Below, piece by piece: positions 21,601 through 29,821 of a DNA stretch of 64,000 bases. The first letter of the stretch is position 1. The number at the start of each line of letters is the position of its first letter. A program made the translations under genes and the position numbers. A model generated the notes under the pieces. That model was not told the origin of the DNA, searched no databases, and saw only the letters and a list, made by a program, of their open reading frames with translations. Source of the DNA: a virus; IMG/VR virus record IMGVR_UViG_3300040801_003053, positions 6,977 to 70,976 of that record. The stretch is one strand, 5' to 3'.

Positions 21601-23742
21601 GGCGATCCTATGTCTTGGTCAGACGCTCAGAGTGTGTCGGCAGGAACAACGGTTTATTGGAAAGCGGGTAACTATGGGGCGATCAATTTCACTCAAACAA
21701 ATAGCGGTACGTCCACAGCACCAATCAAGCATATTGGGTATAAGACCACACCAGGGGATGCAGCAGAGCTTACAAGGTCTGTGGGCATGGCTTTTGACAG
21801 TGCGGAAATGCCATTGATTGATAGTTTTACTGGAAATGCTTTCTATTCCGTATCGAAGCAATACGTGATCTTTAAAAACTTCCAAGTTTCCAATGGAACG
21901 ACAGCGTTTTATATAGACAACTCAGATTATCACTTTTTCGAGAACACTTACATAGACGATATGAGTTCATTCGGGATCTTGACTATTGATTCAGGGTCGC
22001 TAGGTAATAAAATCAAGCGGAGCTATGTTGCGAATTGTTCTTCCGTGGGTTACAGGCTCTACAATCACAACAACGTATTTGACGATGTGTATGCTTGTAC
22101 TTCCGAAATATCAAGCATGGACTATTACATAAGTCTCTATGGAGGAACTGGAAGCCTACCAAACCTTGTGAAAGACTCCTACGTGTACAGATTGTCAACG
22201 GATAATCATGGGGGCCATGGAGTTGACCTGAAAGCAGGAGAGGAAGTTTGGACCCTTGAGAATACTCTGGTTGAAAACAATGAGCTTGTTAATGTGAATC
22301 AATCCCTGACAGTACGACACAGGGGAACAAAATACAATGTATTTAGAGGTAATACAGTTCGGGCTGAAACAGCAGGGAACGGAAACGGGATTGTTTTTCA
22401 TGATGGAGGGGCCTATAACGTATTTGACGGAAATACAATCATAGACAAAGGAAACGCTTTCAGGTGGTATGAGTCAAGTGAGGACGAAGAAGATTACGCC
22501 AATAAAGAGTCCGGCAACAATAACTTGATTATTAACAATGTCATTGATGGGGTTTATGCAATACTTGATGTAGCCTTTTATGACTTGGACGACCATGTTG
22601 TTCCTTTCCATGACAACAAGTGGTACAACAACACTTTTCATGATGTTACCTATTTCTATAAAGAAGACACAGAGACTTTTGACAGTACCAACGAGTTTAA
22701 GAACAACATCTTTGACGGTGTGGCAATCAAAGGAACAGGATCAGAGAATATCACGTTTGACTACAACTTATTTAATGCAAGCTGGACAACGAGCTATGGA
22801 ACAAACTCCATAAGTGCAGATCCTCAGTTGGATGCCAGCTATGTTCCTCAAGCCTTATTTGCTTCGATTGGCGTACCTCAAATATCCGGTCTGTACTATG
22901 ATTATTATGCAGGTGAAAGAGAATCGACAACAACAGCAGGTGCGGTTAAACACACGGATGAATTGTCTGCACCCGACACGACAGCACCTCTTTACGTTTC
23001 TTCCTCAGTTGAAAATGGGGCACCGTCAAGCCTGGTAATCAATTACGATGAACCATTGGACGCAACAAGCGTACCCGCAACAACTGATTTCTCAGTCAAT
23101 GACGGATTAGCAAATCCGGTGACGAATGTTTCAATAAGTGGGTTGAGCACAACCCTGACGCTCACCAATGAAATAGATAATGGCGATACAGTGACATTGA
23201 GCTACACGAAAGGAACAAACCCAATTCAGGATGACGATGCGAATGAAGCTGTTAATCTTGTGGGCGAATCGGTGACAAATAACGTGTTGGGCGCAACAGA
23301 GATTTACCCAACAGGTAACGCGGCGAGTATAGGAGCGTCCGAAGGGAATAGTACAGGAAGTTGGCTTGGTGTAAGTGCAACTCTGACTTCTGAATCTGGA
23401 GACACCTACGATGGAACGTATGCCTTGAAAATAAATTCTAATACAACAGGAACTTGTAGAGGTGAAATAACATGGACACAAACACTAGGTACAGATGTTA
23501 CGGTGACTTTCAGAATGAAGGTAGTGCAAGGCTCTTGGGCCAGATCCTACGCCTGGACAGGCTTTACGGCTTCACCTGATACAGGAATCCTAAATGACGT
23601 TGATGATGGAACGTGGATAGAATATTCCTACACTCTGACCCCTAGTAGTACCGAAGGAAAAATGAGAATTTACTCCACTTACAACACCTCTGGTACAATA
23701 GGAGACAATGTGCTGGTAGACTCAATAACAATTACGCAATGA
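18670..23742 (+). CDS. Giant signal-peptide adhesin/depolymerase-like protein (LRR, two beta-helix modules, SwmB-like domain, CBM-like domain)
   Basis: MKNLIYILLFATSIMFC|Q; LRR (LDISNNPLLTTVSIHGNNL); YYVTTSGNDGNDG-type beta-helix start; SwmB-like LVINYDEPLD...VTLSYT; C-terminal jelly-roll; ATG 18670 is coupled by an ATGA overlap. Confidence 0.7.
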   Translation: MKNLIYILLFATSIMFCQNPAIVQVQIGQEAEKPPVEPKDYLEFLTTSNSATFSPDDIINSGGDLTWTVNGGQSQTISGSVEPVFDLSGNVDTDTIRIKSLTDFVGLTKITFTDKAITGFDVSLAQDLYTFEVKIGNTLSEADVTSNLELGELVIRDQLITSIDISSNPDLFELWAYRNSLNYLDISNNPLLTTVSIHGNNLQSATLDSIVNQLDSNGLSNGRLDIINNAGSLTGAVYTAYQNLIARGWTIDVGPPDNPADAGLTPVLSAFYVDDVNPDRVYFDASADITGLTQQGFTVSGKTLEASNGLVIDGDGLGGYLDVTVPFTYWDNLLVWLEGGNGTVHDFMQVEVDNRISEPSSTGSTYYVTTSGNDGNDGLSEGNAWRTLAYADGQLSAGDILYVKAGNYGDDKMYLVNRAGTAANPIKIIGYKNTPGDITTNYYDYGVAWSTSEMPTVDGNGAVTRAFEATGASYLIVKNFQYTDHRYGMYFANTTTANNIHVERCNFLDQGDVSTDGASVYSTGIANTKMRFKDCVFNDASDVNIVLMGNNNSIIDCKSYGERTDNNFPDLDLETDYYYIISGLYNTIIGSIAERKGQTDHGGHGISLKNQYYTVDNTYAVERNLVKNCVVKNINGAVELRHATVQDNYVYNVEMDASGGGTTSAGLVIRDGAKNNVVDACEVHSIPTGASFYGAVYFTNTSEDQSSNQNITGNIIKNCIFRDGGANVHAINWGTTGTYAYTVSGNKFYNNTFDNFPRFQNKDGIVVVSSDNEFKNNIFNDVTVLGDAVANVYDYNLFFNGFAAQGTNTITIDPQMDISYVPGATFTDIDVPALSSVKYDKNSRERNRTLTTAGAQSHSEEPSNTENLSTPVLSAFYVDDTNPDRVYYTSSDDESGLTTQGFTISGKTVSGINTTDNYITVSTPFTYWDFAITIKLENGNGVVHDFYLNEVVNNISEPTNSTIKYVAVGASGSGDSTGDPMSWSDAQSVSAGTTVYWKAGNYGAINFTQTNSGTSTAPIKHIGYKTTPGDAAELTRSVGMAFDSAEMPLIDSFTGNAFYSVSKQYVIFKNFQVSNGTTAFYIDNSDYHFFENTYIDDMSSFGILTIDSGSLGNKIKRSYVANCSSVGYRLYNHNNVFDDVYACTSEISSMDYYISLYGGTGSLPNLVKDSYVYRLSTDNHGGHGVDLKAGEEVWTLENTLVENNELVNVNQSLTVRHRGTKYNVFRGNTVRAETAGNGNGIVFHDGGAYNVFDGNTIIDKGNAFRWYESSEDEEDYANKESGNNNLIINNVIDGVYAILDVAFYDLDDHVVPFHDNKWYNNTFHDVTYFYKEDTETFDSTNEFKNNIFDGVAIKGTGSENITFDYNLFNASWTTSYGTNSISADPQLDASYVPQALFASIGVPQISGLYYDYYAGERESTTTAGAVKHTDELSAPDTTAPLYVSSSVENGAPSSLVINYDEPLDATSVPATTDFSVNDGLANPVTNVSISGLSTTLTLTNEIDNGDTVTLSYTKGTNPIQDDDANEAVNLVGESVTNNVLGATEIYPTGNAASIGASEGNSTGSWLGVSATLTSESGDTYDGTYALKINSNTTGTCRGEITWTQTLGTDVTVTFRMKVVQGSWARSYAWTGFTASPDTGILNDVDDGTWIEYSYTLTPSSTEGKMRIYSTYNTSGTIGDNVLVDSITITQ

Positions 23743-26210
23743 TGACAACTAAAAAGCTATTTTCCATCTTACTGATCCTTGTGAGTTTTAGTGTTCAAGC
23801 ACAATTAGTTCGGGCGGTTATCGGTCAGAACAATTCGGCTACCGGGGGAGAAAGCATTCCCACAGGAGCAGACTATTACGTGTCAACCTCTGGCACGGGA
23901 ACAGGGGATGGTTCTATTGGTGATCCGTTAGACTTTACGCAACTCCAAGCCCTAACTCCTGTGGCGGGAGATACCATTGCCCTGAAAGGGGGGGATGAGT
24001 TTTATGGGAGCCTGACATTATCGGGTGTAAACGGAACGGTTGGAAACCCAATTACTTTTACTTCTTACGGAACAGGTAAAGCTACTATAAAAGGTTCAGA
24101 ATCAATTACGGGATGGGCGAATGAAGGTGGCAATATTTGGAGTGCTGATGTTACTGGAAAAACAATTTACAATGTGTTTTCAAATGGTGTCCCAGCTAAT
24201 AACACAAGGACACCATTGCCAAATATGTACACTATTGATACTAAAACATCAAACACAGTTTTTATATGCAACGAGTTAGCTGGAGTTGGATATCCTGACA
24301 TTGTTGGTGCAACAGTTTACACGGAGTCTAATCAATGGACAATGCAAAATAGGACTGTTACTGCCTTTAATGCTACAACTGGAGAAATAACTTTGAGTGG
24401 TGCTGAAACAATTTCAGAAGGAAATTTATTCACAATACATAATCACAAGAATTTATTATCAAGTCAAGATGATTGGGCTTACGATTCTTTAGCGAATAAA
24501 TTGTATGTATATTCAACAACGTCTCCAACAAATGTAACCGCAACCACAAGCAATACGAATGGTATTTCTATTGCAACATCAAGCTACGTTACCATTGATG
24601 GTTTAGAGGTTAAGCACTTCTCAAACTATGGAATCTCATTTTCTGGTTCAAATAATCTTGTTTTCGATAACAATTATATTCACGATTGTAATCTCAGGGG
24701 TATTTCAGAGGCTTCCTACAATAACACAAATACTTACATCACTGTGACCAACAATCAAATTGAGAAAATGGATGAGCACGCTATTAGAATTTATGGTCAA
24801 AATTCTGTAATTGAAGATAATGTGATTTCTAATGTGGGTATGCAGGATTACAAGACATGGACTAACTCAGGATATACCACCGCAATATATTCAAACAGTG
24901 ATGATGGCACTATTAAAAGGAATTCCATTGAAAACACGGGCTATAATGCAATTAATTTTTCAGGTCAGAGAACAATTATTGATAAGAATTATGTAGAAAA
25001 CACAAATATCTACCTACCTGATGGGGGGGCTATCTATACTTACAGTACTGACTTTACAGATACAACAGGTGACGATTCCGAAATAACAGATAATACAGTA
25101 ATAAATCCTGTCCCCGCAAGATTTAGAGAGAGTATAGGATTGATTTACCTGGACGACAGAAGTAAAGGGCAAACAGTTAGTGGAAACACAACAGAGGGCG
25201 GTAAACGAGGTATTTTCTTACACAACACAAGAAATGTAACCGTATTGAATAATACAGTTCACGCACCAGCCCAAGACGGTATAGGGATATCAGAAGATGC
25301 AAATGGAGGAAGCGGGAACACCTATGGCAATGTTCTTACTGGAAATAAAGTTCTTGTTGCAGACAGTGAATATCCTGTGTCCGCTATCGGAGTTGCAAGT
25401 TCTTATGGCAGTACGGGAATGTACACTGGATCAAACAATGAGTATTATAACATTGGGTTTTCTCATCCTGTATTATTCAGAAACACATCAACATATTTCT
25501 TAAATTCAAATTATCCAAAACCTCTTACTGTTTCTGAATTGCAAACCTTGATTTCGAGTGAATCTGGCACGACTTCAAATTCTAGTTATGACAATGAGCA
25601 ATTTTCTTTAGCAACACAAGGAGCTGAAATTTATACAAATACCAATTTCGCTTCTGGCATAAGTCCGTGGAACGCAACAGGTTCAGGCGCATTGGTTACG
25701 TGGAATGCCTCTGGATACCTGGAGTTTGACCCTAATGGAAATGCAAATGCAATGGTCGCTGCAAATGACCTCAGGGTAAATGCTACTGAAGGTCAAGTTT
25801 ATTTGGTTCAGTTTGATGTGAAAGGGACGACACCTCATTGGGGTAGATTCAACTTTCAAATGACAGGCTCGCCTTACAAATCTGCTGGAATACGACCATT
25901 TTGGATAACCTCATCATGGATGACTCACAAGTATTTAATCAGAATTACTGACACTGGAAATGATTACAGAAGTGAATGGAGAAACGAAAACGATTCTGTG
26001 AATGGATTTGAGTTAGATAATGTCAGCTTGACCCTAGTCACTGAAAGTACTAAGCCCCAGAACACATTCTTAGCCTACAACGAAACTTCAGTTGCAAAAG
26101 ATATTGCACTTCCGGCAGGAACTTGGGATAGCGTAGACGGAACGCAAACAAATAAAACGGGGACAGTGACAGTGCCCGCATATAACTCATACATAATGAT
26201 AAAACAATGA
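23739..26210 (+). CDS. Signal-peptide right-handed beta-helix protein (polysaccharide depolymerase-like) with C-terminal CBM-like domain
   Basis: MMTTKKLFSILLILVSFSVQA|Q; YYVSTSGTGTGDGS, GDTIALKGGDEF, DGGAIY beta-helix motifs. Confidence 0.7.
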   Translation: MMTTKKLFSILLILVSFSVQAQLVRAVIGQNNSATGGESIPTGADYYVSTSGTGTGDGSIGDPLDFTQLQALTPVAGDTIALKGGDEFYGSLTLSGVNGTVGNPITFTSYGTGKATIKGSESITGWANEGGNIWSADVTGKTIYNVFSNGVPANNTRTPLPNMYTIDTKTSNTVFICNELAGVGYPDIVGATVYTESNQWTMQNRTVTAFNATTGEITLSGAETISEGNLFTIHNHKNLLSSQDDWAYDSLANKLYVYSTTSPTNVTATTSNTNGISIATSSYVTIDGLEVKHFSNYGISFSGSNNLVFDNNYIHDCNLRGISEASYNNTNTYITVTNNQIEKMDEHAIRIYGQNSVIEDNVISNVGMQDYKTWTNSGYTTAIYSNSDDGTIKRNSIENTGYNAINFSGQRTIIDKNYVENTNIYLPDGGAIYTYSTDFTDTTGDDSEITDNTVINPVPARFRESIGLIYLDDRSKGQTVSGNTTEGGKRGIFLHNTRNVTVLNNTVHAPAQDGIGISEDANGGSGNTYGNVLTGNKVLVADSEYPVSAIGVASSYGSTGMYTGSNNEYYNIGFSHPVLFRNTSTYFLNSNYPKPLTVSELQTLISSESGTTSNSSYDNEQFSLATQGAEIYTNTNFASGISPWNATGSGALVTWNASGYLEFDPNGNANAMVAANDLRVNATEGQVYLVQFDVKGTTPHWGRFNFQMTGSPYKSAGIRPFWITSSWMTHKYLIRITDTGNDYRSEWRNENDSVNGFELDNVSLTLVTESTKPQNTFLAYNETSVAKDIALPAGTWDSVDGTQTNKTGTVTVPAYNSYIMIKQ

Positions 26211-26902
26211 TGAGAAGAAGATTTGTACCAATATTTTTAAAACGTAGAAATGCAAGTAGTGTACCACCAAGTTACATTACGCCACTTTTCTCCGATACTT
26301 TTGATGGAACAATAATAGATACGGGAAAATGGACGATTGTAAATCCACAGCCTACCCAAGTTGTATTTTCGCAAAATAACGAATATGATGCATTGTTACA
26401 GGGGGCAGACACAGGGTATTTGGATAATCATTGGGCTTCTGTCCCTAGCTTCAATGTGGCAATTAATCCGACACTTGTGTTTACAGTTGACTTTAAAACC
26501 ACATCAACAGAGCTTGGTAATGGTAGGGGGTATATCTATTTAGCGAAAAATTATCCATCTGAACTTGATGTTCTTACTTTGAGAAACGATGGAGCTAATA
26601 CAGTTGCAATAGAATTTAAAATAGGAGGAAGCTCACAATTCAACCAGACATTCACCACACCCTTAAACCTTACAAACTATCAAACGTTCAAATTTGTATT
26701 AACAAGTGCGGGATTTGATGTGTATGTGTGGGATACAAGTTCATGGTTACTATTAAAATCACATGCAACAGCTATATCCGGAGATTACAATTTTGTACTG
26801 GATGCCAGGTCATTAGGGGCAGACGGAAATACAGTAAATTACGATAATGTATATGTGTGTGCTGAAGATTTTGATTCGCAATATCCTTCACTAACACCAT
26901 AA
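26207..26902 (+). CDS. ConA-like lectin/glucanase-fold tail-associated protein
   Basis: FSDTFDGTIIDTGKW start and beta-rich body ending YDNVYV; basic MRRRF N-terminus. Confidence 0.5.
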   Translation: MMRRRFVPIFLKRRNASSVPPSYITPLFSDTFDGTIIDTGKWTIVNPQPTQVVFSQNNEYDALLQGADTGYLDNHWASVPSFNVAINPTLVFTVDFKTTSTELGNGRGYIYLAKNYPSELDVLTLRNDGANTVAIEFKIGGSSQFNQTFTTPLNLTNYQTFKFVLTSAGFDVYVWDTSSWLLLKSHATAISGDYNFVLDARSLGADGNTVNYDNVYVCAEDFDSQYPSLTP

Positions 26903-26962
26903 AATACGTTCACAATGAAGAACAGAACAACGAAATTAATAATGACTTAAAATTCAAATATC

Positions 26963-27493
26963 ATGGCAATTAAATTAGGCTTTCTAACAGCTTTAATGTT
27001 CATTCTGGTATCATTTACCCTTTCCAGCCAAACAACGACAAGGAAAGGGTATTATAACGCTCACATGGGGGATTCAATCGGTCCAAACCGAACTACAGCC
27101 GACAAAGCGATATTGGATTGCTATGGTATGAGTCAAAATAATCCGGATGGTCTGGAGATCTATTACACGTTGCCTGCCCGGGTCGTAGTTGATTTTCCTA
27201 TTGACTCTCCGGTCATTGTTACCGAGCCTCAATTTTTAATCAATTCGGTAACCCAAGAGGTCGGTCAGACTTCGGTTGTGCTTAATATTGAATTTAGCAC
27301 ATCGGATTTAAAATTTGCTTATGTAAGGTTTCGTCCTGTTGGAGGTATATGGCAACGAACCAATGATGATCCAGCTTATGTTCATTGGATCGGAGCTTTG
27401 GATAGAAATACTGAATATGAATACATTGTGTATGGGGAAAACATGGATGGTGTAAAAATCAATAGTGACTTATTGACCTTTATTACAAATTGA
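26963..27493 (+). CDS. Signal-peptide protein with C-terminal FN3-like domain
   Basis: MAIKLGFLTALMFILVSFTLSS|Q; ALDRNTEYEYIVYGEN FN3-like motif. Confidence 0.6.
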   Translation: MAIKLGFLTALMFILVSFTLSSQTTTRKGYYNAHMGDSIGPNRTTADKAILDCYGMSQNNPDGLEIYYTLPARVVVDFPIDSPVIVTEPQFLINSVTQEVGQTSVVLNIEFSTSDLKFAYVRFRPVGGIWQRTNDDPAYVHWIGALDRNTEYEYIVYGENMDGVKINSDLLTFITN

Positions 27494-27534
27494 ACTCATG
27501 TTAAATCTTTGTACCTTTACCTAAATATCAGACT

Positions 27535-27843
27535 ATGGAAGTATTAGTAAATTTCGGAATTGGACTACTGGGGATCCTTTTTTTAACACTTTTCAATGCA
27601 AAAGACTACTTAGCAAAAAAAGACAAAACCTTTTCTTGGCCTGTTCATGTTAAAGAAAACTACAATCGATGGATATGGGCCGGACTTATGATCGGAGTTA
27701 TATCTGTCATTGTTTTTGTAGAGCCTAATACAGCAGACGGAATCAAAAGTTTCACCGGACTTGATGTTGCGGGTTCACGAGTATCTTTCTTTACTCTTGG
27801 ACTTGCCTTGACAGCTATGACGAAGAAAAAGTCAATAAATTAA
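27535..27843 (+). CDS. Small membrane protein (holin-like, about 3 TM)
   Basis: Hydrophobic segments and basic C-terminus KKKSIN. Confidence 0.6.
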   Translation: MEVLVNFGIGLLGILFLTLFNAKDYLAKKDKTFSWPVHVKENYNRWIWAGLMIGVISVIVFVEPNTADGIKSFTGLDVAGSRVSFFTLGLALTAMTKKKSIN

Positions 27844-27851
27844 AAATTGCA

Positions 27852-28163
27852 ATGAAGGAATACGTAGTTGAAGCTCTAAAAGACGTATTAATTTTTTTTG
27901 TTTTTGGAGCGTACACACTAATAGCGAGAACAAATGCAGCAAAAACACCATTAAATCTCAGACAGAAATTTAACGTCTTTTATATGGCAGTTGCATCAGG
28001 ATGGGGAATATACAGTTTACTACTTGGGGTAAATCCATGGGTAGGTGAACCTCCTCAAAAGATTTTCATTATAATGACGGCCACCGTTGCGGGAACAAAT
28101 ACGGTTGCCTGGTTAAAGAGAAAACAAATAATTCAAAAATTAATAGACGTTCTTATAAAATGA
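27852..28163 (+). CDS. Small membrane protein (holin-like, about 3 TM)
   Basis: Three hydrophobic stretches. Confidence 0.6.
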   Translation: MKEYVVEALKDVLIFFVFGAYTLIARTNAAKTPLNLRQKFNVFYMAVASGWGIYSLLLGVNPWVGEPPQKIFIIMTATVAGTNTVAWLKRKQIIQKLIDVLIK

Positions 28164-28543
28164 TTTGGTTTAGTATTACATCAGCAATATGGCTTGTGAT
28201 ACGTTCTGGTGTAGAAGCATGGGCGACATCCAAGGCCTATAAAAAAGGAAGATATGTAGAAAACAAATTCCAGCATAGCAATCACCACATGGGAGGCTTG
28301 TACGGCTATGTGTATTGGGGTTTGATTTGTTTAGCAATGATTTTTCTTGGATACAGGTTTGATGATTATTGGGTTCCTATACACACAGCTTTCAATCTGC
28401 TATTGATTTACAATGTAGAGCACTTCTATCAAGAAAGAACAGAAACCATTGGCCCCATTGAGCCTTATAAATTATTCCGGATCCCGGGACTCTTCAAATT
28501 CAATTGGTCCTGGATTTTTAAAAGTCAGAAAATAAACCATTAA
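28160..28543 (+). CDS. Small membrane protein (about 3 TM)
   Basis: Hydrophobic, aromatic-rich; ATGA overlap. Confidence 0.6.
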   Translation: MIWFSITSAIWLVIRSGVEAWATSKAYKKGRYVENKFQHSNHHMGGLYGYVYWGLICLAMIFLGYRFDDYWVPIHTAFNLLLIYNVEHFYQERTETIGPIEPYKLFRIPGLFKFNWSWIFKSQKINH

Positions 28544-28554
28544 ATATCTATACC

Positions 28555-28803
28555 ATGAAAAATTTCACATTATTAAAACCACTGTTCACACAAGGATTTT
28601 TAGTATTCCTTGTTTTCTTTGTTGTCATTGATCTTTTGTTGTTCCGATACATGAAAGCTTTTGCTCCTGTATGGTTCATCTTTGTCACTCAAATCACAGC
28701 GATCATAGGCTATGTCGTTTCAAATGGATTTGGTGATGCCGGAAAGGTCGTATGGGACTTTGCAAAAAAATGGTGGCCAGATAATGAAACGGAGAAAGCA
28801 TGA
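28555..28803 (+). CDS. Small membrane protein (2 TM)
   Basis: Two hydrophobic helices. Confidence 0.6.
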   Translation: MKNFTLLKPLFTQGFLVFLVFFVVIDLLLFRYMKAFAPVWFIFVTQITAIIGYVVSNGFGDAGKVVWDFAKKWWPDNETEKA

Positions 28804-28970
28804 AAAAGTTAGTTCAATTCTCTCCAGTCATTTTGATGGCTTGCTTGTTTTTCTATATTATCATCAAGCAGCCTGACTGGTCAAAAGCCGGATTCTGGAT
28901 TGTAGGCATCTGCCTTGCGGCAATGCTGATCTACGGATTCTCCGGAAGAATTTTCAAGAAAAGAAAATGA
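28800..28970 (+). CDS. Small membrane protein, 56 aa (absent from the ORF track)
   Basis: Read by hand: MKKLVQFSPVILMACLFFYIIIKQPDWSKAGFWIVGICLAAMLIYGFSGRIFKKRK; ATGA overlaps with both neighbours. Confidence 0.7.
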   Translation: MKKLVQFSPVILMACLFFYIIIKQPDWSKAGFWIVGICLAAMLIYGFSGRIFKKRK

Positions 28971-29374
28971 AAGATGTATATGTCACATTAGCCTGTATTG
29001 CTCTTTTCAACTTTTTATCGGGTTGGACGTTTGCTCTTGTCGAGCTAAATGAAGACCTCAGAAGTCAAAAAGCACGAAAAAGGAATAGAATGTGGTATTA
29101 TACAAAAGCAGCTTATATCGGGGTTATATGCGCCCTATCTTCATATTTTGTTTTTGGTTTAAGCATAGTGTCATTTGTATTTTGGATTAATTTACTTGCA
29201 TTGACCCCGATTATTTTTAACCCTACGATCAACCTGTTTAAGAAAAACGGGTTTTTCTATTTGGGAGAGAATGGTTTTGAAGGCAATTTTCGAGATCCCT
29301 GGTGGAAACGATTGCTTTACTACCTTATATTTGTACTAATATTCATCATAACCTTTTATATATTTTCAAAATGA
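28967..29374 (+). CDS. Membrane protein (about 4 TM)
   Basis: Hydrophobic stretches; FNP-x-INL...FFYLG motif. Confidence 0.6.
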   Translation: MKDVYVTLACIALFNFLSGWTFALVELNEDLRSQKARKRNRMWYYTKAAYIGVICALSSYFVFGLSIVSFVFWINLLALTPIIFNPTINLFKKNGFFYLGENGFEGNFRDPWWKRLLYYLIFVLIFIITFYIFSK

Positions 29375-29664
29375 TAGTTACAGAAAGTGGAAAAAACATC
29401 CGGATAGACAGAGAGGACGGTCAAGGCCCCTACTCATATCCTTCAGCGCACTTGAGTTATACGTTTGAGCCTGTTGTAGGCTCTACCGTTGACGAGAAAG
29501 TGGTCATCGTAAAAGAAACCCATGCACCCTCTCCTTCGATTGTAGGTCAATGTTTGGTCAGTGAGCTGAAAAGTGCAGCGGCAACATTAGTTGTCACAAC
29601 TCCTGCTGATCTCCAAACTGACAGAGCGCTTGTCATGGATTATCTGGACCCGATTATAGGATAG
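29371..29664 (+). CDS. Hypothetical protein (97 aa)
   Basis: ATG 29371 coupled by an ATGA overlap; preferred to the track start 29302. Confidence 0.55.
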   Translation: MIVTESGKNIRIDREDGQGPYSYPSAHLSYTFEPVVGSTVDEKVVIVKETHAPSPSIVGQCLVSELKSAAATLVVTTPADLQTDRALVMDYLDPIIG

Positions 29665-29668
29665 AGAA

Positions 29669-29821
29669 ATGAAGAAGGGCATACCATTATGGGATCAAAA
29701 AGTAAATTTGATTACAGGATGGAAACCCTCTAAGGTCAGGTACAAAAAAACATATCCTGATTCCATAAATCCGGGAGTTTATATTCCGGAAATTGACTAC
29801 CCAATATTGTATGAGTTATAG
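29669..29821 (+). CDS. Possible 50-aa protein (absent from the ORF track)
   Basis: MKKGIPLWDQKVNLITGWKPSK...YEL fills the 29664-29811 gap exactly. Confidence 0.45.
   Translation: MKKGIPLWDQKVNLITGWKPSKVRYKKTYPDSINPGVYIPEIDYPILYEL

Noticed and set aside
26207-26250. Tat signal in MMRRRFVPIFLKRRN
   Set aside because: Twin arginines are present but there is no hydrophobic h-region; more likely a basic docking N-terminus.
18670-27493. Type IX secretion C-terminal domains on the signal-peptide proteins
   Set aside because: The C-termini are CBM-like, FN3-like or S74 domains and lack a recognisable T9SS CTD pattern.
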